Shown in pieces: positions 1-11,229 of a DNA stretch of 64,000 nt. The position numbers and the translations under genes were made by a program. Numbering within the stretch: position 1 is the first letter of the stretch; every line of letters starts with the position of its first letter. Below the pieces are notes generated by a model. It was not told the origin of the DNA. It ran no database searches and saw only the letters and a program-made list of their open reading frames with translations. Origin of the DNA: a virus; IMG/VR virus record IMGVR_UViG_3300033146_001994, positions 23,548 through 87,547 of that record. One strand, 5' to 3'.

Positions 1-1
1 T

Positions 2-2413
2 TTTGGTTGTGTATGCAAAGGTACTAAAGTATATACTAATAAAGGTGAATATATTAACATCGAAGATTTACAACAGCCTGATGGTATAGTAGGGTTTGGA
101 GAAAATAATATTTCTAAAGAGCCTATAGTGTATATGCAGCCTCCAGCTAAAAAAGAATGTGTTAGAATAACTACTTCATATAGAACTTTGGAATGTAGTA
201 TAGACCATCCAATTTTAATAAGAACAACTGGAACACATAGAAAAGGATTTGATAAAGTTGAAACATACTTTTCTAAAAAAACAAGTAAATTTATTACATG
301 TAAAACTAAATCTAAAGTAACATACCATAAAAAAGTATGGAGAGATGCAGAAAAACTTAAAGAGGGTGATTATTTATTAACAGCGGATATTATTGATATA
401 TGGGGAACTGATAAATTATTTGATGCTAGACTTGTTGGGATGCTTATAGGGGATGGTTCATATGGTATGAGAAAACATTATACTAGAATGGAATTTAAAA
501 CGCCTGTTTTTTCTAATTGTGATGACGAATTAAATAAATATGTCTATACTAAATATGACGCTGTAACTGAAAGTTCATATATTACTAAATTAGGAAAACA
601 TTATAAAGAAACTAGGATTAGAAAATTAATTCCTATTTTAAAAGAAGTGGGAATAGCAGGGCAATCTAAAACGCAAAAAAGACTGCCTAGTAATTATATG
701 TACCTAACTAAAAAAGATTCACAAGAGTTACTAGCTGGTCTATTTGATACTGATGGCAGTATAATGTTAGATGTAAACAATAGAGCTTCTATTACAATAA
801 GCCAATGTAATATAGAAATTATAAAGCAAATAAAAACCTTGTTAGAAAAATTTGGTATAGTAGGGTTTATAACTACAGTAAAGCCGTCTTTAAAAGAGGG
901 TAGAAAAGATAGAAACTTACACTACAGATTAATTATTACAACAAAACAAAGTATAAGGAATTTTAAAAAATATATTCCTATAATAATTAAATATAAAATA
1001 GCAAAACTGGATAAAATTTTAAATTCTAAAGAGTTTTCGACAGATTGTAGAAAATATGACATATTTAAAGGTATTAGGGAAGAAAGAGTAACTAAGGTAG
1101 AATATATAGGGAAAAAAGATATTTATAATCTAACAGCAGGAAACACACACACATATTTAGCTAACAATATAATTACACATAATACGGGAGGAACTAAGGG
1201 CAATAGATTTGAAAGTGCTAAAGAGTTCATATACAACCCTGTAGGATATGGTATACTGCCTTTGAAAAATGTATTTGATAAATCAACTGGTAGTGGAATG
1301 TGTAGCTTTTGGTCAGGTATTTATCTAAACACCGCAGGTGCATATGATAAAAATGGTAATTCTGATGTAGTAAAAGCATTAATAAGGATTCTATATAAAA
1401 GGTGGGAAGAAGTACAAAGTGGAATTAAAGCAGATACTATCTTGCAAAGAAAAGCTGAGAATGCTATTACCCCACAAGAAGCAATATTAAGTACAAGTGA
1501 AAACATATTTCCTGTACAGGATTTAAAAGATAGATTAGCAGAAATTAAAACTAACCTAGGTGCATTTATATCAAAGCATTATATAGGCTTGATGGGAGTA
1601 AAAGATGGAGAAGTGGTATTTAACCAAAAACCTGAATTAACCCCTATTAGGAATTATCCTGTTGATATAGATTCAGATAGAACAGGTGCAATTGAAGTAT
1701 TTAAAATGCCTGCAAAGGGAACTAAAGAACTGTCTATTGGAGAAAGGTATGTAATAAGTGTCGACCCTGTAAGATATGATAAAGTGTTATATAGTGTCTC
1801 ACTTGCTTCTATATTTGTATTTGATTTATGGCTAGATGAAATTGTGGCTGAATATACATGTAGACCTGAATCTATTGAAGATTTTAATACTCAACTATAT
1901 AGATTAGCCATTTGGTACAATGCTGAAATTAACTATGAAAACGATATTACAGATATATTTACATTTTTTAGAAATAAAAATGCACTTTATTATATAACAG
2001 ATACTCCTGAAATGATTAAATCTTTAGAAATAGCTAAAGAGGGTAGAGGTAATAGACAAAAAGGAACTCCATCAAGTGTTAAATTAAATAATCAAGCTAG
2101 ACTTTGGTTAACCCAATGGTTAAAATCTCCTGTCAAAAGTGATACTGAGGATAATGTAACATTGAATTTACACAAAGTACCTAGCATAGGATTATTAGAG
2201 GAATTAATTGCGTGGAATATTGATGGAAACTTCGATAGAATTTCTTCAATGGGAATACTTATGGTTAGTAGAAAAGATAAATTATTGTACTTAGAAAGTA
2301 ATATGACACAGGAAGTGGCTGAATATGAAGAAGATGAATTTTTCAATGATGACTTAAGTATTACTAACCAAAATGAGAAAAGTATGAAAAATTTTGATTT
2401 AAAATTTTTATAA
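2..2413 (+). CDS. terL: Terminase large subunit (5'-truncated by window), intein-containing
   Basis: The frame is open from nt 2 (FGCVCKGTKV...). Removing the intein restores the FG|TGG motif. The C-terminal RNase H-like nuclease has YVISVDP, NYEND and GNFDRISS motifs. Lies directly upstream of the portal. Confidence 0.92.
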   Translation, partial: FGCVCKGTKVYTNKGEYINIEDLQQPDGIVGFGENNISKEPIVYMQPPAKKECVRITTSYRTLECSIDHPILIRTTGTHRKGFDKVETYFSKKTSKFITCKTKSKVTYHKKVWRDAEKLKEGDYLLTADIIDIWGTDKLFDARLVGMLIGDGSYGMRKHYTRMEFKTPVFSNCDDELNKYVYTKYDAVTESSYITKLGKHYKETRIRKLIPILKEVGIAGQSKTQKRLPSNYMYLTKKDSQELLAGLFDTDGSIMLDVNNRASITISQCNIEIIKQIKTLLEKFGIVGFITTVKPSLKEGRKDRNLHYRLIITTKQSIRNFKKYIPIIIKYKIAKLDKILNSKEFSTDCRKYDIFKGIREERVTKVEYIGKKDIYNLTAGNTHTYLANNIITHNTGGTKGNRFESAKEFIYNPVGYGILPLKNVFDKSTGSGMCSFWSGIYLNTAGAYDKNGNSDVVKALIRILYKRWEEVQSGIKADTILQRKAENAITPQEAILSTSENIFPVQDLKDRLAEIKTNLGAFISKHYIGLMGVKDGEVVFNQKPELTPIRNYPVDIDSDRTGAIEVFKMPAKGTKELSIGERYVISVDPVRYDKVLYSVSLASIFVFDLWLDEIVAEYTCRPESIEDFNTQLYRLAIWYNAEINYENDITDIFTFFRNKNALYYITDTPEMIKSLEIAKEGRGNRQKGTPSSVKLNNQARLWLTQWLKSPVKSDTEDNVTLNLHKVPSIGLLEELIAWNIDGNFDRISSMGILMVSRKDKLLYLESNMTQEVAEYEEDEFFNDDLSITNQNEKSMKNFDLKFL
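8..1183 (+). mobile_element. Intein with LAGLIDADG homing endonuclease (392 aa) in TerL
   Basis: Starts with Cys (CVCKGTKVYT). Block B is LECSIDHPIL; two LAGLIDADG motifs (LVGMLIGDGS, LLAGLFDTDGS); block F/G is IYNLTAGNTHTYLANNIITHN followed by Thr+1. Confidence 0.93.
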
Positions 2414-2443
2414 TAATATTATTACCTTTACATAAAAAATAAT

Positions 2444-4792
2444 ATGATACAATTTCCATATCAAAAAAGAGCAACATCACAGAAAACATTAAACTTTTGT
2501 ATTGAATGTTTAGAAAGTGCTGAACAGATGCAATCTGAATTATCTATAGCAAATGATAGTGCGGACTTGATAGATAATGAAAATATTCTAAAAGGTAAAT
2601 TAGACCCTGTAAGGCTTGAAAAAATTGTAAATCCTATTGGAATGAAATCTTCTACCTTTAGAGTACCTACCCAATCATATCCATTACTAAAAGATAAAGT
2701 TGACTTATTACAAGGAGAAGAATGGAAAAGAAAATTTGCTTTTTCAGCTAAGTTGTTAAATCCTGATGCTATTAAAGAAAAATATACTGTAAAAAATAAA
2801 TTTATTAAAGATGGATTAATTAGATTAATTACAGATACAGAATTAGATGATGATACTAAAAAGAAAAGAATAGAGAATTTACAAAACTCTATTATAAACT
2901 GGAAGTACATTAAAGAAATTAGAGCAAATAGAATTTTAGAGGCAGAATATGACTTACAAGGGCTAAAATCTCTTTTTAACAAAGGATTTAAAGCCCTGAA
3001 TACTACTAGAACAGAAATATACGCTATTGAGTTAGTAAATGGTAGAATACAAACTAGAGCTGTCAATTGGAAGAATATCAAGGCTGCTAGATTAGGAAGT
3101 TCAGATAGAATTGATGATGCAGATATTATTATAGAAGAAACATATGAATCTCCTGGATGGATTATAGATAGATACTATGATAAATTAAAACCTAGTGAAA
3201 TTACAAGAATTGATAAAGGACTTGTAGCACAATACGGTAATAGTAGAGATTTTTCATATCCAGCTACAGCAGGAGAAGTTACATTTAGTCGTAGTGACTT
3301 TGGAAAAACAGATATAACAACTACAAATAATATACAAAATAGCTTGATAGATACAAATGCCGTAGGCAAATCAAGTATATTAGATTCCTTTGGTAACATT
3401 AGAGTTACCAGACTTGTGTGGAAATCACTTAGAAAAATAGGTATAATTAAATGGATTGAAAACGGTAAAAACCATGAACGTACTGTAGATGAAAATTATA
3501 CAGCTAATAAAGACAAAGGAGAAGAAATAAATTGGTATTGGAAACCTGAATATATGCAGATAACTAGAATAGGGGATGATATATACCCTAGTGATTGGGG
3601 TATAAAAGCTATTCAATTTATGCAAAAAGATAATATTACTTCAGCAGGCAGTGGCTATGTGGGAAATGTTCTAGATGTATGTATTACAGATGTAATGAAG
3701 CCCTTTCAAGTATTATATGATATTATAATGGCTAGGACTAAGCATGCCTTTATAGTTAGTAGAGGTAAAGTTCCTGTTTTAGATTTAGCTAGAAAACCTA
3801 AATCATGGGATGTGGCTAAATGGGATTATTACCTCAATACTATGAATACCCTCTATGAAAACTCTTTTAATGAGGGTGCAGTAGGTGTAGCAAAAGGTAA
3901 AATATCAGGTAATATGCAACAATCCACTAGGGTAATGGATTTAGAAAATGGCGCCTATGTACAACAACATCTTTACATGCTACAATATATTGAAAAGAAA
4001 ATTGGCGATATTGTAGGTATATCTAAAGCTAGAGAGGGGCAATCATCCTCAACTGAAACAGCTACAGGTGTACAGAATGCAGTAACACAGTCTTATCATA
4101 TTACAGAGCCTTACTATGCTATACATGAAGCAATTAAAGATAGAGTATTAAATAATATATTAGAGGGTGTTAAATACTGTATTAAAGTTAACCCTGAATT
4201 ATATGAGAGTTATTTAGGGGATAATGATTTTATTTTAGATGAAATTGATTCTACACAGTTTACAGAAACTTCTTATAACGTTGTAGTTACTTCTAGTGGG
4301 GAAGATTATGAGCTACTTAATCAATATAAACAGTTAGCACATGCAGCTATTCAAAACAATGCTATGAAATTATCCACTCTTGCTACTATATATTCATCTA
4401 AATCAATATTGGAGGTTAGAGAAAAATTGGAAAAAGCTGAACAAGATTTAGAACAGAAAACAGCTCAACAAAACGAAGCTTCTGAAAAGATGAAAAATCA
4501 AATGATTCAATTAGAGTTAAAAGATAAACAAGATGATAGGGAATCTAAAGAACATATCAGTAATGAGAAAAATAAAATGCTTCTCCTTACAAAATTAATG
4601 GAGATTCAACGAGGAGAAAATGGAGATGAAATCTCAACAGAAGAAATGTTTCATAAAATGGAACAGAACTATTCTGAATTTTCAGCGCTTATTGAGCAAA
4701 GAGAAATAGAAAATAAAAGGGCTGAAAAAGAACAAGCATTAAAAGAGGAACAGTTGAAACAGCATCAAAATGCTTCACAGCAACAGAAATAG
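2444..4792 (+). CDS. Portal protein
   Basis: 782 aa between terL and the capsid genes. IVGISKAREGQ...ETATGVQNAV segment and coiled-coil C-terminus resemble crAss-like portals. Confidence 0.85.
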   Translation: MIQFPYQKRATSQKTLNFCIECLESAEQMQSELSIANDSADLIDNENILKGKLDPVRLEKIVNPIGMKSSTFRVPTQSYPLLKDKVDLLQGEEWKRKFAFSAKLLNPDAIKEKYTVKNKFIKDGLIRLITDTELDDDTKKKRIENLQNSIINWKYIKEIRANRILEAEYDLQGLKSLFNKGFKALNTTRTEIYAIELVNGRIQTRAVNWKNIKAARLGSSDRIDDADIIIEETYESPGWIIDRYYDKLKPSEITRIDKGLVAQYGNSRDFSYPATAGEVTFSRSDFGKTDITTTNNIQNSLIDTNAVGKSSILDSFGNIRVTRLVWKSLRKIGIIKWIENGKNHERTVDENYTANKDKGEEINWYWKPEYMQITRIGDDIYPSDWGIKAIQFMQKDNITSAGSGYVGNVLDVCITDVMKPFQVLYDIIMARTKHAFIVSRGKVPVLDLARKPKSWDVAKWDYYLNTMNTLYENSFNEGAVGVAKGKISGNMQQSTRVMDLENGAYVQQHLYMLQYIEKKIGDIVGISKAREGQSSSTETATGVQNAVTQSYHITEPYYAIHEAIKDRVLNNILEGVKYCIKVNPELYESYLGDNDFILDEIDSTQFTETSYNVVVTSSGEDYELLNQYKQLAHAAIQNNAMKLSTLATIYSSKSILEVREKLEKAEQDLEQKTAQQNEASEKMKNQMIQLELKDKQDDRESKEHISNEKNKMLLLTKLMEIQRGENGDEISTEEMFHKMEQNYSEFSALIEQREIENKRAEKEQALKEEQLKQHQNASQQQK

Positions 4793-4866
4793 TGTTAATG
4801 TAATATGGTATAGATAGTTAAAACTTATCTGTCTCAATTTGATAGGAAAATAAATTAATTGTATAA

Positions 4867-6072
4867 TTGTTAAAACAAAAACTTATGAACACAGAAGAAT
4901 TGTTTGATGGCATTGGAGGTTTAGATTTAGAAGATGATTCTATAGAACTAAATGCTGATGGTGTACCTGTAGATAATATTACGGCAAGTACGCAAATACC
5001 TGAAAGTGCAGAAACACCTACAGGAGATAACCAAGGCAAACCTGAGGATGATGAAGATGATGGACTTATTGACATTGAAGATTCATTGCTTAAAGACCTT
5101 AATGGCGCAGATTCTACAGAGGATAGTACAAATAAGTCTGTAAATACAGATGTAGATGCATATCTTAATTTTTTGGATAATCTAGTAGATTCTAAAGTTC
5201 TTAAAGAATATGATAAAGACGCTTTTCTAAAAGAAGTTGAGGGAGGTAAAAATCCTACAGAACTTATAGTAGCCTTACAGAAAGAAGAATTAGAAGCTGC
5301 TAAAAAAGAGTATTTTGATGGACTATCTGATGAAGATAAGGAAGTGTATAAAGGGAAAACGTCGGGAGTGCAATTAGATGAACTTGGAAATGTTAATAAT
5401 GCATTGGAGTATTATAAAGATATTACAGATGAATTTATAGAGGATGTGAAAAATGAAGATACCCTTAAACAAATCATTTCAATTGATTTAAAAAATAGAG
5501 GATTCTCCGACGATGAAGTTGCGGAACAGCTTGATATATATGAAGAAAAAGACTTAATTACAACTAAAGCTAAAAGTGCTAAAGAGAAAATAGTAAGTAC
5601 TTTAGAAGCAACTAAAGTAAGTCTATTTGAAAAAGCAGAGGCTGCTAAACAGTCTGATTTAGAAAAAATCAGTTCTTATAAAAAAGAATTAAAATCTACA
5701 ATTGAAACAATAGATACAATAATTCCAGGAATCAAAATTGATAGTAAAATGCAAGAACAACTCTATAAGGATTTTACTGAGCCTGTAGAGTATGGAAAAG
5801 ACAAGTCTCCTATAGATGTTATATCCAAAGTTAGAAATATAAATCCTAAAATGTTTGATATTGCATTAAGATATTATAATAGAATAGGTTTATTTAATTT
5901 TGATGATAAAGGTAAATTTGCACCTGACTTTTCTGAAATTAATAAGAACTTACAAACAAAAGAAGCTAGACGTATAAAAGCAATTATTAGTACTGATTCT
6001 TTTTCTAAGAAAGAAAATTCTAAAAATACTCAAATACCTAATAATACAGGATTATTTGATGGAATAGATTAA
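4867..6072 (+). CDS. Acidic head assembly/scaffold-like protein (probable start ATG 4885)
   Basis: Very acidic N-terminus and helical remainder; sits between portal and MCP as in crAss-like synteny. Confidence 0.55.
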   Translation: MLKQKLMNTEELFDGIGGLDLEDDSIELNADGVPVDNITASTQIPESAETPTGDNQGKPEDDEDDGLIDIEDSLLKDLNGADSTEDSTNKSVNTDVDAYLNFLDNLVDSKVLKEYDKDAFLKEVEGGKNPTELIVALQKEELEAAKKEYFDGLSDEDKEVYKGKTSGVQLDELGNVNNALEYYKDITDEFIEDVKNEDTLKQIISIDLKNRGFSDDEVAEQLDIYEEKDLITTKAKSAKEKIVSTLEATKVSLFEKAEAAKQSDLEKISSYKKELKSTIETIDTIIPGIKIDSKMQEQLYKDFTEPVEYGKDKSPIDVISKVRNINPKMFDIALRYYNRIGLFNFDDKGKFAPDFSEINKNLQTKEARRIKAIISTDSFSKKENSKNTQIPNNTGLFDGID

Positions 6073-6089
6073 ATCTTAATTATATAAAT

Positions 6090-7559
6090 ATGAAACTAAG
6101 ACCTTTTCAAATTACAACACCTAGGGACATATCAGGGCTAGTTAAAACTGAAAATTTAGCTTATAACTTTGGTATAGTGCCTCAAAAAGCATCTAAAGTT
6201 GCACTTAAATTGCGTAGTGCAAATGTTGGTGATGACTTAAATGCCTATTTATCAAAATTTCCTGTAAAGAAATTTGAAACACAAGATGACTTTACTTGGG
6301 ATATTGAAGCTGATGGAGATAAAAACATTCCATTGACAAAATGTTCATTAACTCCTTTAGGAAGTCAGGTACTACCTACTGACAAAGTTGGTGAGGGAAT
6401 AACTCCTTTTTATCTATTCTTTCCTGAAAATTGGTTTTTTGAAACCAATGTAATAGTTGGAGAAGCTTTAGAAGATTATCAAATTAGAATTTTAGAACCT
6501 GGACAGGCTGTAGCAGGAGGGTTAACTAGATATAAGTGTGAACTTGTAACTGGAGATGTCAATTTATTTATTCCTTTTGAAGAAGTAATGGCAGGTAAAA
6601 GATTCTCTAAAGACTTTTCTTTAGTAGAACAAGAACTTTCTGTAGATGGAGGTGGATTACACCACAGTTTTCCATATACTATGAAAGGTGCTTTCAGTAT
6701 GATTAGAATGAAAACTGTTGTTCCTGGCAGTATGGTTAATAAATCTCGCCCTGTACAATTCTTTTGGAAAGATTCTAAAACAGGTAAAACTATAAGTTCA
6801 TGGTTAGACAAGCTAACATATGACTTTGATATGCAGTTTCTTAAAGAGATTAATTATCTTACCCAATATGCACGCTCAAATGAAGCTCCTGATGGTACTT
6901 ATAAAAACAGAGGTACTTCTGGGAATATTATTAAGCAAGGTGATGGAATTAAAGCTCAAACACGTAAGTCTAACTATAGTACTTATAATGAATTTGATGT
7001 TAAAATTCTAAGTGACCATGTTTTAGCAATGTCTGTTGGTAAATATAAAATGGGTGAACGTGATGTTCTTTTAAACAGCGGTGAGTGGGGTCATAAACAA
7101 TTCCATGAATCTGTAGAGAATGTTCCTGGAGCTACATTTGTAGCATCAAGAGATACCCATAGAATCTATACCAATAAAGATGGTAATATGGGTTGGAGAG
7201 GACAATTTACTGAGTATTATGGTGCTAATGGAGTTAAGCTTACTAGTATTCCTGATATGACTAAGGATGACCCTGTTAGAAATAAAAGAAACCATCCTAC
7301 TGAACAAGGACTTATTGAATCAAGAAACTATGATATTTATAATATGGGTACTTCATCAGGTGAAAATAACATTCAGAAAGTTCAACTTGCTACTGGAGGA
7401 GAGATTAGAAAATTTAGAGAGGGCTTAAGGTCTCCATTTAGTAAAGGTGAGGGTAGAATGGAAGTAGAAACAGATGGATGGGAAGAACATAGAGCATACA
7501 TTGGTGGTGCAATGGTATTAGACCCTGAAGGAACTGGAGCTTATAATATTAATTTTTAA
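6090..7559 (+). CDS. Major capsid protein (HK97 fold, crAss-like)
   Basis: 489 aa. Motifs FPENWF, GKRFSKDFSLVEQELS and IIKQGDGIKAQ resemble the crAss-like MCP; synteny agrees. Confidence 0.85.
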   Translation: MKLRPFQITTPRDISGLVKTENLAYNFGIVPQKASKVALKLRSANVGDDLNAYLSKFPVKKFETQDDFTWDIEADGDKNIPLTKCSLTPLGSQVLPTDKVGEGITPFYLFFPENWFFETNVIVGEALEDYQIRILEPGQAVAGGLTRYKCELVTGDVNLFIPFEEVMAGKRFSKDFSLVEQELSVDGGGLHHSFPYTMKGAFSMIRMKTVVPGSMVNKSRPVQFFWKDSKTGKTISSWLDKLTYDFDMQFLKEINYLTQYARSNEAPDGTYKNRGTSGNIIKQGDGIKAQTRKSNYSTYNEFDVKILSDHVLAMSVGKYKMGERDVLLNSGEWGHKQFHESVENVPGATFVASRDTHRIYTNKDGNMGWRGQFTEYYGANGVKLTSIPDMTKDDPVRNKRNHPTEQGLIESRNYDIYNMGTSSGENNIQKVQLATGGEIRKFREGLRSPFSKGEGRMEVETDGWEEHRAYIGGAMVLDPEGTGAYNINF

Positions 7560-7573
7560 TAAATATTTGTACA

Positions 7574-8497
7574 ATGACACAAAAAGTAGATAGTAAATTT
7601 AATCCCTTAGAAAATAGAGTTATTCTAGTAAAGCCTGTGATTAGGGCTACTAGGATAACTCCTAAAGGTCACAGTGGTAACTGGCTTTTTGACAATACTA
7701 GTATAGAATTTTGTACTAAATTGGATATAAATTCAGGTAACATGGTAGAACCTTTAAGTGCAAAAGAACGTGAGTTTTTTGAAAATCCTGAAAATAGAAA
7801 TATTCATGGACTTGACTTTAACCCTGGAGATTTATCTGCAAATAAATTAAAAGATAATTTTTGGAAAACATTTAAAGTTAAAATTATAAAAAAAGCTAAA
7901 GGTGCAATTCCTGAGGAAGCTACTTTAATGACATTGGATTTAAGTAAGCCTTATGACTTTTTTAAATATAAAATTTTACTTACAAATGATTGTGAAAAAG
8001 GGTCTGTTGCACTTGGAATGGAAAATAAATTTTCTAGGGCTAGTAATAGAATTGTATTAGTTGAAAAAGATAATGAGAATATCGATACTATTAAAAAACT
8101 TGATATTTTAGAAACTGTAAATAAGTTTTTCTACTCAATTAATAGTTCTGCTGACAATTTAAGAAATTTCTTAAGAGCCTATAATTTTACTTATAGAGCA
8201 CACGTAGAAACTCCTGAGGATGCAGGATTAGATTGGTATAAAATTGAAGTACAGAAACTGATTAATTCTAATTTATCTAATGTTTATAAGTTAATTGTAG
8301 ATAAAAGTTCATATAAAGATAAAATCTTTATTATTACAGCATTGAAAAATAATCTTATAAAAATAGGTAAGTATAAAAACTTTGAAACTCAAGATGGTGT
8401 TGACTTAGGTAGAAATTTAGAAGAAGTTATTGTAAATATAAACTCAGATGAATTTCAAGACCTGCTAATGTTGATTAAAACTAAAATATCTAAATGA
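7574..8497 (+). CDS. Conserved crAss-like protein downstream of MCP
   Basis: DNFWKTFKV and TLDLSKPYDFFKYKILL motifs; position immediately after MCP. Confidence 0.6.
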   Translation: MTQKVDSKFNPLENRVILVKPVIRATRITPKGHSGNWLFDNTSIEFCTKLDINSGNMVEPLSAKEREFFENPENRNIHGLDFNPGDLSANKLKDNFWKTFKVKIIKKAKGAIPEEATLMTLDLSKPYDFFKYKILLTNDCEKGSVALGMENKFSRASNRIVLVEKDNENIDTIKKLDILETVNKFFYSINSSADNLRNFLRAYNFTYRAHVETPEDAGLDWYKIEVQKLINSNLSNVYKLIVDKSSYKDKIFIITALKNNLIKIGKYKNFETQDGVDLGRNLEEVIVNINSDEFQDLLMLIKTKISK

Positions 8498-9153
8498 TAA
8501 AAGCCGACTTTATAACATCTGTTAAAAATAGTCTTTATTTGATGGGGAGTAATGCTTCCCCATCATTTAAAGATGAATACATCTGTCAATATTTGGATAA
8601 AGCATACCATTCAGTAATTAATAGTATTATTGAAAGTGCTGATTTAACCTATATTACCAACCTAATTGAAAGTAAAAGATTAAATATTACAGATTATACA
8701 GGCAAACAGAAAAACTTTACATTTGATGTAGGCAAAATATTTGCTATAGTATCAGGCTATGTATATACTAAATATAATGGAGGTACTCCAATAAAAAGAC
8801 CTATCGAGGTATATTCAAATATATTTATAGATACATTGCTGGATAATTCTAATTACTTATATTTTTCATCACCTAAGTTTATTTTGAATAGTAGGGATAA
8901 TAATATTTCTATTATAATTGATAGTTATAGTGAGTTTACAACATATTCTTGCACAGGTACTGCAATTCCAATAAGTTTTAAATATATAAAAATGCCTACT
9001 AAGTTTATAGATATGCAAAATAATGACACTCCTTTAATATCTGAAATAAAGCATTTAGAAATTGCAGATAAAGCAGCAGAATTGATTGCAAATATATTAA
9101 GTCCACAAATGGCTCAATTTGAAATACATAATAATGATATAATTCCTAGATAA
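8494..9153 (+). CDS. Putative tail ring protein
   Basis: ~220 aa with YIKMP and HLEIADKAAELI C-terminal pattern; overlaps neighbouring genes. Confidence 0.55.
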   Translation: MIKADFITSVKNSLYLMGSNASPSFKDEYICQYLDKAYHSVINSIIESADLTYITNLIESKRLNITDYTGKQKNFTFDVGKIFAIVSGYVYTKYNGGTPIKRPIEVYSNIFIDTLLDNSNYLYFSSPKFILNSRDNNISIIIDSYSEFTTYSCTGTAIPISFKYIKMPTKFIDMQNNDTPLISEIKHLEIADKAAELIANILSPQMAQFEIHNNDIIPR

Positions 9154-9866
9154 TGAAAGTATTACAGATATATAGATTGTTAGAATTAAAAATACCTAAT
9201 TATTCTAAGTTAATACTTAAGGGATTGCATTCAGATACTGTTGAAGAAGCCTTAAATACGGCTGCATTTGATGTATTTTCAAAGTTCTTTGAAGTGTTTG
9301 AACAGAATCAATACACTAAGTTTGGTATCTCTAATTTAATAATACATAATAAGTTAATGGATGTTGTAGAAAATACTGAATTACATCCATATCAATATGG
9401 TAAAATCTATAATACAAACGATGTATATTTTTCAATGAGTGAATTTATTGATATAGCAGGAAAGGTTGTAAATATTATACCGATAAAGCATGATTATTAT
9501 TTGACAAATATTAATAATAATATGCGTAAACCTGATATTAATTATCATTTTTGGAGATTAGATATTGGTACAACTGATAACAATAATGTAAGTAGAGAAA
9601 TAATACTTGATAAAGATTATTTAAATAACGATGTTAGATATTATATAACATATATTAAACTACCATCTAAAATAGATTTGTCAAATATTAATTCATTTAT
9701 TGATATTAATGATGAAATCCTAGTTAAAAATGTTATACCTTTAGCTATAAAATATATTTTAGAAAAATTTGTTATGGAAGATGCTATTACAGAACATAGG
9801 CAACAGGTTCAACAACCTCAACAACCTCAACAACAGATACAGCCACAACAACAACAACAACAATAA
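9153..9866 (+). CDS. Putative tail ring protein with Gln-rich tail
   Basis: FWRLD and YYITYIKLPSKI motifs; paralog-like to the previous ORF; C-terminal Q/P repeat. Confidence 0.55.
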   Translation: MKVLQIYRLLELKIPNYSKLILKGLHSDTVEEALNTAAFDVFSKFFEVFEQNQYTKFGISNLIIHNKLMDVVENTELHPYQYGKIYNTNDVYFSMSEFIDIAGKVVNIIPIKHDYYLTNINNNMRKPDINYHFWRLDIGTTDNNNVSREIILDKDYLNNDVRYYITYIKLPSKIDLSNINSFIDINDEILVKNVIPLAIKYILEKFVMEDAITEHRQQVQQPQQPQQQIQPQQQQQQ

Positions 9867-9906
9867 TGATATTAATAATTATTTTATGAACTTAATACTT
9901 TAAAAA

Positions 9907-11136
9907 ATGAAATCACAAAAAAACAGTGCCCAACTATTTGTAGTAGCTGATACTGTAAATTCAGGTAATGTAGATGCCATAGCAGATGATAAGCTTGGAT
10001 TTGAATGTGTATTAGATAGTACAGGTACTAAAACTCCTGGAGAAGTGTTTACAGTAATTCCTGTACACAGTGCCTTTAAGGTAATAGTACCCAGAGCTAA
10101 TGGTATTTCAGAGGTGTCAGATGCAGTTTATACAGACGATATTACTGAAATTTCTATTAATGATGCAGATGCTGTTGCTGATGTGCAACAAGTAGACTAT
10201 TTAGGATATAATCCTATTTTAGGTAGTGGAAATATTGAAGCATTAACAGATAATATCTTTACTTTGAATATAAAGATTATTGGTGATACAATGGCTTCTT
10301 TTGCTGCACAGACTACAATTGATGCTAGTTTTAAATCAGGTGCATCAACAACGCCTTATGCTATAGCATTGGGATTAGTTGAGATAGGAACAGGTAACCT
10401 AAAATATACCCCTAATGACATTGTGCCTATTAGATTTGACATAGTAGCTAAACATGCAGGAGTAGCACTAGGTACTGGTGTAGGAACTCTGAGATTTACA
10501 AAAGGTAGTAAATACTTCTCTGCATCAGACATAGATAATGCTACAACCAATGCTGCATTAGCAGTAGGAGATTTTATTAGATTAGGTACAACACTTTCTG
10601 ATGGAGTTTACAAAATTGTAGAATTAAATGCTACTACTAATATTGGTAAATTAGATAGAGTTGCTTCTATTTCAAAAACAGGCACACAAACTTCATTTAA
10701 AAGAATAACTGCTGCCACGGCTGCTTCTACTTCATTTGGAATAAAAATTATAGGACTAGCTACAATAAGCTCTCCTGGGTATATTGATACTTATATTACT
10801 AGATTTTTTACAAGTATTAATGGATTTGGCACAACTACTGTTTCAAGAGAAGCTGTAGTAGCATATAAGTCTGCTAAAACTCCTGAAGTAATTGCACAAC
10901 TAGAGGCTGAATTAGCAGGTGCAAACGGAGTAATTTATAGGGCAACTCCGCAATATAATGGAAATAGAGTTTCTTATGTTGTTAATGGAGTGACATATGA
11001 CACTGTACATATTTCATTCAATAAAGACTATAAGAATAGTTTTGGAGAAACTTTAAAAATTCCTGCCGAGATAATTATAGCTATTAACTCAACTAAAACC
11101 GCAGGGTTAAAGACAATATTAGCATCTATTGACTAA
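9907..11136 (+). CDS. Putative auxiliary capsid/structural protein
   Basis: 409 aa, Ala/Thr/Gly-rich and beta-like; last gene of the capsid operon before a terminator. Confidence 0.5.
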   Translation: MKSQKNSAQLFVVADTVNSGNVDAIADDKLGFECVLDSTGTKTPGEVFTVIPVHSAFKVIVPRANGISEVSDAVYTDDITEISINDADAVADVQQVDYLGYNPILGSGNIEALTDNIFTLNIKIIGDTMASFAAQTTIDASFKSGASTTPYAIALGLVEIGTGNLKYTPNDIVPIRFDIVAKHAGVALGTGVGTLRFTKGSKYFSASDIDNATTNAALAVGDFIRLGTTLSDGVYKIVELNATTNIGKLDRVASISKTGTQTSFKRITAATAASTSFGIKIIGLATISSPGYIDTYITRFFTSINGFGTTTVSREAVVAYKSAKTPEVIAQLEAELAGANGVIYRATPQYNGNRVSYVVNGVTYDTVHISFNKDYKNSFGETLKIPAEIIIAINSTKTAGLKTILASID

Positions 11137-11169
11137 GTCTTAAACTTTAATTTATTATATGTTGAAATT

Positions 11170-11202
11170 AAAGGTCTTTTATTAATTTAAAAGACCTTTT
11201 TT
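11170..11202 (+). terminator. Intrinsic terminator-like hairpin
   Basis: AAAGGTCTTTT-N8-AAAAGACCTTT followed by T's, right after ORF 9907-11136. Confidence 0.7.
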
Positions 11203-11204
11203 AT

Positions 11205-11212
11205 TATATTTG
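11205..11212 (+). promoter_or_regulatory. Bacteroidota-type -7 promoter element (TAnnTTTG)
   Basis: TATATTTG lies just after the terminator and 17 nt before ATG 11230. Confidence 0.45.
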
Positions 11213-11229
11213 CAATAAAACATAAAAAA

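Noticed and set aside
9800-9863. CAA/CAG-rich repeat at the end of a ring protein
   Set aside because: Simple Gln-rich low-complexity coding tail with no sign of a separate element.
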